From Promethearchaeota archaeon (lineage in GTDB: Archaea > Asgardarchaeota > Lokiarchaeia > Sigyniarchaeales > SOKP01), in the NCBI GenBank assembly GCA_048940445.1, contig JBHLON010000031.1:1-38385 (forward strand): DNA of 38,385 nucleotides, read 5' to 3'. Below, in pieces: positions 37,339-38,385 of this stretch (positions within the stretch are counted from its first letter, which is position 1; each line of letters starts with the position of its first letter). Made by a program: the position numbers and the translations under genes. The notes below the pieces were generated by a model, which saw only the letters and a program-made list of their open reading frames with translations, ran no database searches and was not told the origin of the DNA.

Positions 37339-37900
37339 TTTGACCGGCCCCCTTTTGTATTTCTTCTAAAATGATTTCCAAAAATTCAATATCTGTCTGT
37401 AAAATCTTTATTGGGTGAATAAACAGACCTCTGACATTTAATGGTTGATTAATATTACTGTTTAGCATGTCTTCTAATTCTCTTTTGTGTTTTTTTATTT
37501 TATTTAAAGAATTTGAAAAGACTTCTAATTGTTCTTGTTTTGAGAGAAAAGGAAGCATTGAAAAGGCCATATAGAAATCAGGATCATTTCTGCCTTCATA
37601 TTCATTTAGGGTGTTATAAATTTTCTTCTTTAAATTATATATTCCTTTTTCAGTAATCTGGTAGATCTTACGAATCCTGTTATCAACTTCTTCAGTATAA
37701 GAATCTACTAATCCATTCTCTTCTAGGTTTCCTAAATCACTATAAATCGAAGACATTCCAATTTGAGTCCAAGCCCTCATACCTCTCTCTTCTATCCTCT
37801 GATTAAGACTATAAGCATGAGATGGGAATTCAGAGATTAAGCCTAAAATCGCAAATTCTCGATGGTTTATAGAATAATCTTTATTGATAATATTATTCAT
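37313..37900 (-). CDS. PadR-family transcriptional regulator
   Basis: ILGLISEFPSHAYSL, SSIYSDLGNLEENGLV, RKIYQITEKG. Confidence 0.92.
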   Translation of the reverse strand: MNNIINKDYSINHREFAILGLISEFPSHAYSLNQRIEERGMRAWTQIGMSSIYSDLGNLEENGLVDSYTEEVDNRIRKIYQITEKGIYNLKKKIYNTLNEYEGRNDPDFYMAFSMLPFLSKQEQLEVFSNSLNKIKKHKRELEDMLNSNINQPLNVRGLFIHPIKILQTDIEFLEIILEEIQKGAGQIDPKDYNK

Positions 37901-38205
37901 AAAGGATATTATTCATTTAGAATATATAAATATTTCTTTATCTACAAAAGTCTAGTTTATATTTTAACATTAAATTGCATTAATGTCTATAAATAGTATG
38001 CTAACGATGTCCTTAATATCATTTAGATAAAAAAAAATAATAAATTCAGGTCCAAACCTTTTTCTAATTACAACCTAGTGTTTAAATTTGGATTTGGGCT
38101 AACGAGAGGATTAAATAAGGATAATTCACCTAAAATTTTCATTAATATGTCAAAAAATACATCTATTTTAAATAAAATAAGTGAAAAAAAAAAATTAAAA
38201 TCTCT

Positions 38206-38385
38206 TTAAGTAGAATTTAACGCTTCAAACTGGCTATTATATAATTCAGCGTAATATCCATTTCGAGCTAATAATTCTTTATGTGTACCTTGCTCTACGA
38301 TCTCTCCGTCACGAATTGCGAGGATTAAATCGGCGTTTCGAATAGTCGACAAGCGGTGAGCAATGACAAAGCTGGTTCTATTCTG
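38206..38385 (-). CDS. ABC transporter ATP-binding/permease (MsbA/MdlB-like), C-terminal fragment
   Basis: Manual translation: [59 protein letters not shown]. Confidence 0.92.
   Translation of the reverse strand, partial: QNRTSFVIAHRLSTIRNADLILAIRDGEIVEQGTHKELLARNGYYAELYNSQFEALNST

Noticed and set aside
4992-37369. Short antisense or overlapping ORFs in the track (e.g. 4992..5318, 7160..7432, 13604..13897, 23343..23738, 30380..30676, 35962..36213)
   Set aside because: They are shadows of well-supported genes on the other strand or frame and have no motifs of their own.
37890-37924. ATATTATTCAT direct repeat and TATTC-N5-GAATA palindrome upstream of padR as an operator
   Set aside because: The position is plausible, but the motifs are too short and AT-rich to distinguish from chance.
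1-38385. tRNA, rRNA, CRISPR arrays, transposases, integrases
   Set aside because: None recognised by eye. Intergenic gaps are short and AT-rich, but a covariance-model search was not possible.

Overview
AT-rich archaeal window. The gene content (small GTPase, Smc5/6-like SMC, GGTGA/AGGAGG ribosome-binding sites, oligo-T terminators) is most consistent with an Asgard archaeon of the Lokiarchaeia type; this taxonomy is inferred. Left to right: Maf tail, DUF1028 hydrolase, RimK-type ligase, several hypotheticals, and an atypical small GTPase with a coupled partner gene. Next comes a four-gene operon (degenerate AAA+, Smc5/6-like SMC, kleisin, KITE). It is followed by an ArsR-linked metal(loid) operon: DUF166, Acr3, a SAM-methyltransferase fused to an HgcA-like corrinoid protein, an HgcB-like ferredoxin, a CxC thioredoxin-like protein and a ubiquitin-fold protein ending in Gly-Cys. 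Then a LIV-type ABC importer, a HEAT-repeat protein and an acyl-CoA ligase. The right end is a resistance-type island (class II UvrA, DrrAB-like exporter, methyltransferases, BtrH-like protein, PadR). The best finding is that the apparent frameshift in the uvrA-like gene is a 31-nt insertion folding into a bulge-helix-bulge motif. Cutting it at the canonical endonuclease positions restores the frame and the conserved FSFNxPxG-x-CxxC motif, so it is a candidate archaeal mRNA intron. Other highlights are the methyltransferase-HgcA fusion inside an arsenic operon, the SMC operon with a pseudo-ATPase, and ATT/ATA start codons. No tRNA, rRNA, CRISPR array or transposase was recognised.
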